64,000 nucleotides of DNA from Deltaproteobacteria bacterium (lineage in GTDB: Bacteria > Myxococcota > Kuafuiibacteriia > Kuafuiibacteriales > Kuafuiibacteriaceae): assembly GCA_016703535.1 (NCBI GenBank), contig JADJBV010000002.1, positions 2,177,721 to 2,241,720 on the forward strand. The letters are read 5' to 3'. Both the position numbers and the translations under genes were made by a program. A model generated the notes under the pieces. That model saw only the letters and a program-made list of their open reading frames with translations. It was not told the origin of the DNA and searched no databases. Below, piece by piece: positions 47,250-56,524 of the stretch; the first letter of the stretch is position 1, and each line of letters starts with the position of its first letter.

Positions 47250-50200
47250 CGGCGCCGCTAGAAGTGCCCTCCGGCGCCCGAACACGCCGAACGCGAGCAG
47301 AAGCAGCCCAACTGCCACCGAGCCGAGGGGCCCTGGAGTCGGCCCGTGGGAGGTCGAACAACCACAGCCGCCCCCCGCCAGGCCGATCCCGTCGACGACG
47401 CCGTCGCCGTTGTCGTCGACGTCGCAGCCGGCCCCTTGGCCGTCAGCGTCCAGGTCCAACTGATCCGGGTTGGGCAGGGCCGGACAGTTGTCGCTCCCAT
47501 CGGGGACGCCGTCGCCGTCTTGGTCGGCGCTGCCCAGCTGATCGTCGGCCGGGTTGAGCGGATCTCGTTCACCGTCGTCTTTGCGCCCGTTTTGGTTGGT
47601 GTCTTCGTCGCCGTCTTCGGCGCCGCCGTTGTCGGTGTCCGGGTCGACCGCCGAGGTGGTGGTGCCCGGATCCGCGTCCGGCACGAAGAAGCCCGCCCCG
47701 ACGTTGGTGTCGGCGTTGGGGGTGGTCACGCCGAGTTCGGTGCCGTCGAAGAGGCCGTCGTCGTCCGAGTCGGGATCCAGCGCGTTGATCGCGCCGTCCT
47801 GATCGCCGTCGACCCCGGGGTTGGGTTCGTCGCCGTCGAGCACGCCGTCGTCGTCGCTGTCGGCGTCTTGGGGATCGGTGCCCAGGTCGGCCTCTTCGTC
47901 GTCGCTGAGGCCGTCCTGGTCCGAGTCGGTCGGGGCCTGGTCGTCGCTGCCCAAGTTGGGATCGGTCTCGCCGCCGTCGATGCGGCCGTCGTGGTTGGCG
48001 TCTTCGGCGCCGTCGTCCACGCCGCCGTCGTCGGTGTCTTTGTCGAGGGGATCGGTGGTGGTGGTCGGATCTTGATCCGCCACGAAGGCTCCGGCGGCGA
48101 CGTCGGTCCCGGTCCCCGGGGTGGTCACGCCCAGCTCGGTGCCGTCCAAGATCGCGTCGTTGTCGCTGTCCGGATCCAGGGCGTTGATCAGACCGTCGCC
48201 GTCGCTGTCCACCCCGGGCCGCGGTTCAGCGCCATCTTTTATGCCGTCGTCGTCGCTGTCGGCGTCATCCGGATCGGTGCCGAGCTGGACCTCGACGTCA
48301 TCGGGCAAACCGTCGCCGTCCCGGTCGTTGGCTTGGTCGTCGCTCGGGTCCAGCGGATCCCGCTCCCCCGGATCCCGTTGGCCGTCGAGATCCAGGTCCT
48401 CGAGGCCGTCCGAGAGGCCGCCGCCGTCGCTGTCCGGATCCACCGCCGAGGTGGTGGTGTTGGGATCGGCGTCGGGCACGTAGTTCCCCGCCGCCACGTC
48501 GGTGTCGGCGTTGGGTTGGGTGACGCCCCGTTCGGTGCCGTCGAAGAGTCCGTCGCCGTCGCTGTCGGCGTCCAGCACGTTCACTCGGCCGTCGCCGTCG
48601 GTGTCGTGACCCGGGTTGTTCTCTTGGCCGTCGATCACCCCGTCGTCGTCGCTGTCGGCGTCCGCCGGATCCGAGCCGAGGGCGGCCTCTTCGTCGTCGC
48701 TGAGGCCGTCGCCGTCTCCATCGGTCGGGGCCACGTCGTCGGCGGCCAGGTTGGGGTCGGTCTCGCCCGCGTCGATGCGCCCGTTGTGGTTGGCGTCTTC
48801 GGCGCCGTCCTCGACCGAGCCGTCATCGCTGTCGGCGTCGAGGGGATCGGTGGTGTTCGACGGATCCGCGTCCGGCACGAAGGCGCCGCTCGAAGCGTCG
48901 GTGCCCGGGCCGGCCACGGTGACGCCCAACTCGGTGCCGTCGAAGATCCCGTCGTCGTCGCTGTCCGGATCGTTGGCGTTGACCAAGCCATCCCCGTCGC
49001 TGTCGACGCCGGGCATCCGTTCACTGCCATCCCCAACGCCGTCGTCGTCGCTGTCGGGGTCATCCGGGTCGGTCCCGATCGCCACCTCTTCATCATCGGG
49101 CAGGCCATCCCCGTCCCGATCGTTTTCACAGGCGTCGCCGATCCCGTTGCTGTTGCCGTCGATCTGGTCGGTGTTGATCACCGTCCGGCAGTTGTCGGTG
49201 CCGTCGACGATGGTGTCCATGTCGCTGTCCAGGTCTCGGAAGTCCGGGGTCCCGTCGCCATCCGAGTCGACCGGCGGCGTGGTGCCCAGGTTGTCCCCGG
49301 CCTCGTCCTCGTCGTTGACCCCGTCCATGTCGCTGTCCAGGTCCAGGTAGTCAGCGGTGCCGTCGTTATCGGTGTCGACCGGGGCCGTACCCAGGTTGGT
49401 GTCGCCGGCTTCATCCCGGTCCAAGATCCCGTCGTCGTCCGAGTCCAGGTCCTGGAAGTTGGGGGTGCCGTCGCCGTCGGTGTCGCCGGTGCCCTCGACG
49501 TCGTCGGGGATGCCGTCGCCGTCGGTGTCCAAGAGGTCGTCGTTGCGGTTCCTTGGGTTCCGTTCGCCGGCGTCGACCCGACCGTTGCGATCGGCGTCTT
49601 CCACGCCGTCGTTGACCGTGCCTCGATCGGTGTCGGCCAAGACGGGGCTGGTCGTGGTGGTGGGATCCGCGTCGGCGCGGAAGTTGCCCCGGGCCACGTC
49701 GGTGGCGGTGCTGGTGGTGGTCACGCCCAGTTCGGTGCCGTCGAAGATCCCGTCGCCGTCCGAGTCCGGATCGAGGACGTTGATCGTGCCGTCGTTGTCG
49801 CTGTCGTCGGCGTAGTTGGGTTCGTCACCGTCCAACACGCCGTCGTCGTCGGTGTCCGCGTCGTTGGGATCACTCCCCAGCCGCACCTCTTCGGCGTTGG
49901 ACAGGCCGTCGCCGTCGGTGTCCGCCGAGGGCAGGCGGTCGTCGCTGGGATCCAGGGGGTTGCGTTCCCCAGCGTCGACCCGGCCGTTTTTGTTGGTGTC
50001 TTCGGTGCCGTCCCGCAAGCCGCCCCGGTCGGTGTCGGGATCGATCGGGCTGGTGGTGGTGGTCGGATCCGCATCGGCCACGAAGTGCCCGGCCGCGACG
50101 TCGGTGTCGGGACCGGCGGTGGTCACGCCGAGCTCGGTGCCGTCGTAGAGGCCGTCGTTGTCCGAATCCGGATCCAAAAGGTTGGGCGCGCCGTCGGCGT

Positions 50201-53200
50201 CAGCGTCGGCGGCGAAGTTGGGCTCTTCGCCGTCCCGCACCCCGTCGTCGTCGCTGTCGGCGTCGTTGGGGTCGCTGCCCAGCTCCGCTTCGACCACGTC
50301 CGGGAGGCCGTCCCCGTCGGTGTCGACCAAGGCCGGGACGTCGTCGGCGGCCAAGTTGGGGTTCCTTTCGCCGAGATCGACCCGCCCGTTGCGGTTCAGA
50401 TCTTCGGCGCCGTCGTTGACCGTGCCGTTGTCGGTGTCGGCGTCCAGCGGATCGGTGGTGCTGGCCGGGTCTTGGTCGGCGAGGAAGGCGCCTCGGCTCA
50501 GATCGGTGTCGGCGTCCGGCGTGGTGCGGCCGAGTTCGGTGCCGTCGTAGAGGCCGTCGTCGTCGCTGTCCACGTCTCGGGCGTTGATCAACCCATCCCC
50601 GTCGCTGTCGACCAGGGGCGAAGGCTCCGCGCCATCGGGCGCGCCGTCGTCGTCGGTGTCGGCGTCGTTCGGATCGGTCTCGTTGGCGTCCTGGAAGCCG
50701 TCCCCGTCGGCGTCTTCGTCACCATCGGCCAGGCCGTCGCCGTCGGTGTCGGCGGCGTTGGGGTTGGTGGTGCTGGTCGGGTCGGTGTCGGGGACGAAGG
50801 CTCCTGCACCCGGATCAGTGTCCGGGGTCTCGGCGGCGGTCAGGCCCCGTTCGGTGCCGTCGTGGAGGCCGTCGCCATCGGTGTCCGCCTCGACCGGTGA
50901 GGACTCGCCCGGGTCCAACACGCCGTCGCCGTCGGCGTCTTCGGTGCCGTCCAACAAACCATCGTCATCGCTGTCGGCATCCAGCGGCGAGGAGCCCCAA
51001 GTGTCCACCTCGACGCCGTCCCCCACGCCGTCGTCGTCGCTGTCCGGATCGTTGGGATCGGTGCCCAGGCCCCCTTCGCGCACGTTGGTCAGGCCATCGC
51101 CGTCGTCGTCGGCGCCGACCTCGATCTGCACCGTCGCCGTGTCGAAGCCGCCGTTGCCGTCGCTCACCGTGTAGGTGAAGCTGTCGGTCCCGACAAAGCC
51201 GGGGTTGGCGGTGTAGGTGATGGTGCCGTCGCCGTTGATCACCGCCGTGCCGTTGGCGGGCAGGCTGACGCCGTCGATCGCCAGGGTGTCGCCGGCGTCG
51301 GGATCTTGGTCGTTGCCCAACGCCGCGATCACCACCGACTGACCCGGATCGGCCTCGGCCTCGTCATCGGCCGCCACCGGCGCGTCGTTGGTCGGGTTGA
51401 TGATGATCGTGACCTGAGCGGTCGAGCTTTGGCCGTCCGCGTCGGTCACCTGGTAGGTGAAGGTCGCGGTCCCGTTCTGGTCCGGCGCCGGGGTGAAGAT
51501 GATGGTCCCGTCGGGTTGGGCCACCGCGGTGCCTTGGGCCGGGGCGCCGGTGACGCTGACCGAAACCGGGCCGTCGCCTAGGCCGCTGTCGTTGGCCAAC
51601 ACGTTGACGGTGACCGCTTGATCTTCGTCGGTGGTGGTGTTGTCGGCGGCGGCGCTGGGGGTGTCGTTGCGCGGCTGGACCGTGACGGTGACGGTGGCGG
51701 TGGACTGCTGCCCGTCGGCGTCGGTGACCGTATATTGGTAGCTGTCGGTGCCGTTGAAGTCGGCCCGGGGCGTGTAGCGGACGGTCCCGTTGGCGTTGAC
51801 CACCACCGTACCGTTGCTCGGCTGGGCCGCGATGCTGACGGTGACCGGGCCGTCGCCCAGGCCGCTGTCGTTGGCCAAGAGGTTGCTGTTGACCGTGCCG
51901 TCTTCGGCCACGGTGACGGCGTTGTTGTTGGCCACCGGGGTGTCGTTGACCGCGGTGACGGTGATCTGGACCGTGGCGGTGTCGTTTTGGCCGTCGGCGT
52001 CGGTGACCCGGTAGGTGAGGGTGACGACGCCGTTGAAGTCGGCGGCCGGTGTGTAGGTGATGGTTCCGTTGGCGTTGGCCACCGCGGTGCCGCTCCCCGG
52101 TGGGGTGACGATGGTGACCGTCACCGGCGTGTTGCCCAGGCCGGTGTCGTTGCCCAATACATTAAATGTACCGGCCGAGTCCTCGGCGGTGTTGACCAGG
52201 TCGTTGACCGCGTCCGGGATGTCGACGGTGGGATCCAGGTAGTCGGGGATGGTGTCGCCGTCGAGGTCACCGGTTTCGGTGGCGTCGGGGCGGCCGTCGC
52301 CGTCGCTGTCGGTGTCGTACCAAGGGGGGACTCCGTCGCCGTCGATGTTCAGCCCGTAGGTGGTGCCTTGGGCCAGTTCGGTGCTGGTGGGGATGGTGTC
52401 GCCGTCGTCGTCCGAATCCCGGAAGTTGAGGAGGCCGTCGTTGTCGACGTTGCCGGTGCCTTCGGCCGAGTCCAGGACGCCGTCGTTGTCGCTGTCGGTG
52501 TCCAGGGCGTCGATGGGACCGTTGCCGTCGGTGTTGATCGGCAAGCCGCCGTTGGTCTCGACGCCGTCGTTGATCCCGTCGTTGTCGCTGTCGGTGTCCA
52601 GCGGATCGGTGCCGATGCCGACCTCTTCGCCGTCGTCAGCGCCGTCGTTGTCGGTGTCGACGTCGGCCGGATCGGTGCCGTAGGTGCAGAGCTCGTCGAT
52701 GTCGCTGAGGGTGTCGCCATCGGTGTCGGTGGCGGCGCTCAAGGCCCGGACCTGGATCGTCCCGGACTGGGTGCTGCGGGCCCAGCTGTAGGTGTCGAGG
52801 AAGGCGTTGTTCCCCTTCGATGTAGCGCTGTAGTTGCCCCAGGCGCGGCCGTTGATGTTGGCCAACACCGCGTCCGCGTAGTTGCCAGAAGCCATCCCGT
52901 TGGCGCCCGACGCGACCAACCCTTGCTGGCCGTTGGGCATGTTGACCTCGTTGGCTTGGACCGCCGCGTCGTTCCAATACATCGCCAGGCCGGTGCGCCC
53001 GTTGGCGGCGTCGACCTCGAAGAACTGCATGCCCTGGTAGCTGGTCTCGATGTCTTGGGCCAGGTAGTGGACTTCACCGACCTGGATCGAAGCCCGGCAG
53101 TCGTAGTTGCCCGTGGGCACGAAGTTGCCGGCGTTGTTGCGCCCGTCCCAGGCCCGGGTGTTGGCGCCGGGGGTGGTGGTGCCGATCAAAAACAGGTCCG

Positions 53201-53996
53201 CCGTGGAGGTGCGGTCGAACTGGCCGTCTTGGTTGAGGTCGCAGATCAAGTGATAGGTTCCGGTGACGTCGGTGGTGAAGCTGAAGAGGCCCGTCGAGGT
53301 CCCGGGGACGATGGCGCTGCAGGTCTCCGCCGCGCCCACCTGGGTGAAGGTGAAGTTGCTGACCGCCGGCACCAAGGGGTTGTAGGTCGCGAGGGTCGGG
53401 GGGTTGAGGTAGATCTGGTAGAGCGGCGTGAAGGTGTTGCCGGCGCTGGGCACGCTGCGGCCGGCGTTGGCGCCGTTGACGCCCGTCTGGTTCATGCCCA
53501 TGTTCCAGATGAAGCCCTGGAGTCCATTGAAGCGAATGTCGATGACCGCGTTGCGGTTGGCAGCGCCGCCGTTCACCAAGGCGTAAAGTGAGGTGTTCAT
53601 CGCCGATGCGCCGCCGGCGTAGGTGCCGGTGTCGAAGTACCAGCGGGTCGACCACAACCGCCCGCCCGCTTGCACTGGGTTGTTGACCCGCAGGTCCCAG
53701 GCGCCGCCTTGGTCGTTGGTCAAGGTCACCCGATAGGCGCCGTTGCCGTTGCCGTTCAGGTTGGCGGTGGCGCCGTTGCCCAAGGTGGCGATCTGGGTGC
53801 CGGCCGGATTGAAGATCCGGGCCTGGCCCGCGCCGCTCCAAGTGATGGTCTCGACGGTGGCGTCCAAGATGTCGACGTTCAACACCGTGGTGTTGACCAT
53901 GTCCGATTGGGTGCCGAGGGTCGCGGTGCCTTCGGCTCGGGCGATCAGCGGAGCCAACAAAAGGGAGGCGAAGATCGACGTGGCAATTCGCGACAT
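47250..53996 (-). CDS. Giant secreted repeat adhesin module (about 2250 aa): signal peptide, unknown beta-rich N-terminal domain, ~5 cadherin-like/Ig-like repeats, ~9 large TSP3 Ca-binding repeat modules, then a MYXO-CTERM-like sorting signal
   Basis: Signal peptide MSRIATSIFASLLLAPLIARAEG. Cadherin-like repeats (VTVTAVNDTPVANNNAVTVAEDGTV..., about 100 aa each) lie around 51.0-52.2 kb. Dozens of TSP3 motifs (DTDGDGLxDxxE, DSDDDGxxDG) lie around 47.4-51.0 kb. The frame ends with GCGCSTSHGPTPGPLGSVAVGLLLLAFGVFGRRR (Cys-rich GCGC, TM helix, RRR). The reading frame then continues into the OmpA module without a stop. Confidence 0.55.
47262..47375 (-). other. MYXO-CTERM-like tripartite sorting signal (GCGCS / ~13-aa spacer / TM helix / RRR) located internally in the 8.56-kb ORF
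   Basis: Translation GLAGGGCGCSTSHGPTPGPLGSVAVGLLLLAFGVFGRRR was verified codon by codon on the minus strand. A TAG lies 2 codons downstream in the +1 frame. Confidence 0.6.
47400..51000. repeat. Intragenic tandem repeats: about 9 copies of a ~420-bp module encoding TSP3 repeat units (DSDxDGLxDGTELGVTTP..DTDVAAGxFVxDADPxTTTDPLDxDTDxGGVxDGxEDxNxNGRxDxGExDPNL)
   Basis: The periodicity is visible in both the nucleotide and protein sequence. The antisense shadow ORFs 47346..50900 and 51618..53591 come from the same repeats. Confidence 0.7.
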
Positions 53997-54141
53997 TGAA
54001 GCGAGTTTATCGTTCGAATCGGTGGCGAACGTAAGTTCTCGGCTCCCCCAACCGATCCGGGCCGCGCTGGCCGCGGGAGATGCCCCAGGATGAGACGTCC
54101 GGGTGGGGTCGACGAGGTGGCCGCGGGGATGGCCGCTGCGG

Positions 54142-54976
54142 TCAGCTCAGGCCCAACACTTCGCGGACGGTGGTGAAGGGGAGGGCCTTCACGAGGTACT
54201 CGAGCTTGCCAAACATCCGATCGAGCCCGTTGTAGCCGCGGAAGTCGCGCAAGGTACCTTGCGAAAAGCGCGGGATCTCCGGATCGATCTCCCAGGGGTG
54301 GAGGTAGACGATGGTGGGCTGGCCTTCGGCCTGGTTCACGTGGGCGAGGGCCTTCGCCAAGATCTCCACCGGAAAAAGCCGCAGGTAACCACCGCCCGCG
54401 ACCGGCAGGTTTCGCCCGAACTTGCGATAGGTGGTCAGGGGGAACTCCCAGAGTTTTTTTCCGTGGATTGAAAGCTCAACCGGGAAACGGGAGTAGTCGG
54501 CGATGCCGTAGCGGTCGTGCACGATCGGGAAGATCGACGACGAATACCCAAAGCCCTCTTCGACCAAGATCTCATGGGCCCACAAGGACTGACGGGTCAC
54601 CGAATACGTCGGGGCCCGATAACCAACCACCCTGGCGCCAATCAAGCCCTCGAGGAGATCCTTCACCTGCCGCAGATCCGCTCGGAACTCAAGCGGGGGT
54701 CATCTCGAAGACCAGCCGGTGCCAGTAGCTGTGGGCCGCCACCTCGTGACCACGCCGGTGGATCTCTTTGACCAAGGCCCGTTGGCGATCGGCGACCCAA
54801 CCCAACACGAAGAAGGTCGCCTTGATCCCGTGTTGATCGAAGAGATCGAGCAGTCGCCGGGTCTGTTGATCACTCCGCATCGGTTGGGCCGGCCACAGGT
54901 CTCGTGGCACCCGCTGGTCGAGGTTCTGGACCGTGAAGTACTCCTCCACGTCCACCGTCATCGCGTTCTGCACCAC
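54142..54976 (-). pseudogene. Polysaccharide deacetylase (NodB-homology, PEP-CTERM/EPS-locus subfamily with DUF3473 C-terminal half), interrupted by a 1-nt frameshift at a C5/G5 run near 54694-54699
   Basis: The N-terminal piece (54689..54976) carries NodB motifs TVDVEEYF, ATFFVLGWVA and GHEVAAHSYWH and ends ...RLVFEMTPA*. Shifting one base reads straight on as PPLEFRADLRQVKDLLEGLIGARVVGYRAPTYSVT, the start of the 54142..54666 ORF. Confidence 0.6.
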
Positions 54977-54980
54977 GGCC

Positions 54981-55928
54981 TCAGCCCTTCGCGCGTTTTT
55001 TCCGAGTGCCCTTGTTGCCTCGGGCCAAGAACACCGAACCCACCACTCGGGTTCGGCCGATGGTCTCGACCGCCTTGTCCAGGGCGGCCCGTTTGGTGCG
55101 GCCCGCGGCGCCGATCATCACGACTGCGTCGACGTTCTGAGCGATCAGCGGCACGTCAGCGTGAGGGATGGCGGCCGGCGCGTCGATCAGCAAGACATCG
55201 ACGGACTGGTAAAGTTCGGCCAGCAGTGACTTGAACTTGGGCGAACTCAAGATGGAGGCGGGGTTCTGGTGGGTCCCGCCAGCGTGCAACACGATCAGGT
55301 TGCGCCCCAACACCCGGGCCACACACTGGGACAGGGGGAACTTGCCCTCCAACGCCTGCAGCAGCCCGCGGTTTTGATCCAGGTTGAACAAACTCCCAGC
55401 CCGGGGGGCCCGGAAGTTGGCGTCGATCAGCGCGATCTTCCGCTCCGAGTCTTCGCTCATCACCAAGGCCAAGTTGGAGGCGACCACCGTCTTGCCGTCC
55501 CCTTCACCGGGGGAGGTGAACAAGAAGGACTTGTAGCCGAGCCGGGTCCGCATCTCCTCCAGCCGAGTCGCCAAGATTCGGACCTCGGCGGCGAAGGGCC
55601 CGTCTTTTTCGTGCAGGACCATCAGGTCCTTCGACTCGGAGGGCATGGCGCTGATCGCAGTGTCGGTCAGCGAGATGGTCTGGCCTTTGACCAAGGCGCC
55701 GCGGCTCGACGGCGCAGGCGCGGCGGCGCCACTCGGCGGGCTCCAGCTGGCCCGGGCGCTCCTCGGGGCCGGCGCCTCGGGGGCGGCGCTCCGTCGGCCC
55801 GACTCGATGGACTCGGGCAAGCGCATCATGCCCGGCTTGTTGCTGAACACCTGCGAGCCCGGCGTCGAGGCCAAGGTCTTGGGCGGAAATGCCCCTTTGG
55901 GGCCGCCCTTTTTTCCGTCGTCGCTCAA
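54981..55928 (-). CDS. BY-kinase-like (CpsD/Wzc C-terminal, MinD/ParA-superfamily) exopolysaccharide-biosynthesis ATPase
   Basis: Walker A-like SPGEGDGKTVVASNLA, DANFRAP (A') and VLLIDAPAA (Walker B). The Ala/Pro-rich N-terminus is disordered. Confidence 0.65.
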   Translation of the reverse strand: MSDDGKKGGPKGAFPPKTLASTPGSQVFSNKPGMMRLPESIESGRRSAAPEAPAPRSARASWSPPSGAAAPAPSSRGALVKGQTISLTDTAISAMPSESKDLMVLHEKDGPFAAEVRILATRLEEMRTRLGYKSFLFTSPGEGDGKTVVASNLALVMSEDSERKIALIDANFRAPRAGSLFNLDQNRGLLQALEGKFPLSQCVARVLGRNLIVLHAGGTHQNPASILSSPKFKSLLAELYQSVDVLLIDAPAAIPHADVPLIAQNVDAVVMIGAAGRTKRAALDKAVETIGRTRVVGSVFLARGNKGTRKKRAKG

Positions 55929-56524
55929 TCGGCTGATCCTTTGCCGGCCAGAGGCCCTTCATCTGGCCGCGTCGTCGACTTCGTGTCCAGCCCCGTCGGT
56001 GGGGTGGGCGTGGGCTTTGGGTCCAGCGGCGCCGCGGCGGCCTTCTTTTCGGCCCGGGCTTGCAACTCCGCCGCGGCCTTCAGGACCTTTCGGACCGCGT
56101 CCTCGAACAGGGCTTCGGGCGCCGCGATCGTCACCAGGTAGGATACGGAGCCCGGCACGACCCACTGGCGAACCCGGTGTGAACCGTCTCGCCGATCGAT
56201 CTGCGGTGCTTCGAAGGGGCCGGTGCTCAGGACCCCCGGCTTGGCTTCGGCCGACAAGGCGGCCGGCAACCCGTTCAAAGCCTCGCTCCCGGCTTCAACC
56301 GAGGGCTCCAGCCGATGGACGGTGACCACCACTTGCCCGTCCGGGTTCTTGGGACCCAAGAACACCGCGAGGGTCCCATCCGGGAGCTCCTTCTGGTTGC
56401 TCCAACCTTTGGGCACCAGCGCTTGAACCTGGTTCCAAGTCGGGGGACGCGGCGAAGACGCCGAAGCCACCTCGGGCCAGGCCGCTCCGTAGAGCAGCAC
56501 CAAAAGCAGCCCCCGCCGCCTCAC
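55925..56524 (-). CDS. Secreted hypothetical protein
   Basis: Signal peptide MRRRGLLLVLLYGAAWPEVASA. No recognised domain. Confidence 0.45.
   Translation of the reverse strand: MRRRGLLLVLLYGAAWPEVASASSPRPPTWNQVQALVPKGWSNQKELPDGTLAVFLGPKNPDGQVVVTVHRLEPSVEAGSEALNGLPAALSAEAKPGVLSTGPFEAPQIDRRDGSHRVRQWVVPGSVSYLVTIAAPEALFEDAVRKVLKAAAELQARAEKKAAAAPLDPKPTPTPPTGLDTKSTTRPDEGPLAGKGSAD

Noticed and set aside
47346-53591. Very long plus-strand ORFs (1184 aa and 657 aa) opposite the giant adhesin gene
   Set aside because: These are antisense shadows of a GC-rich repetitive gene. Their translations are low-complexity Val/Gly/Ala strings with no motifs, whereas the minus-strand frame has a signal peptide and recognisable cadherin, TSP3, MYXO-CTERM and OmpA domains.
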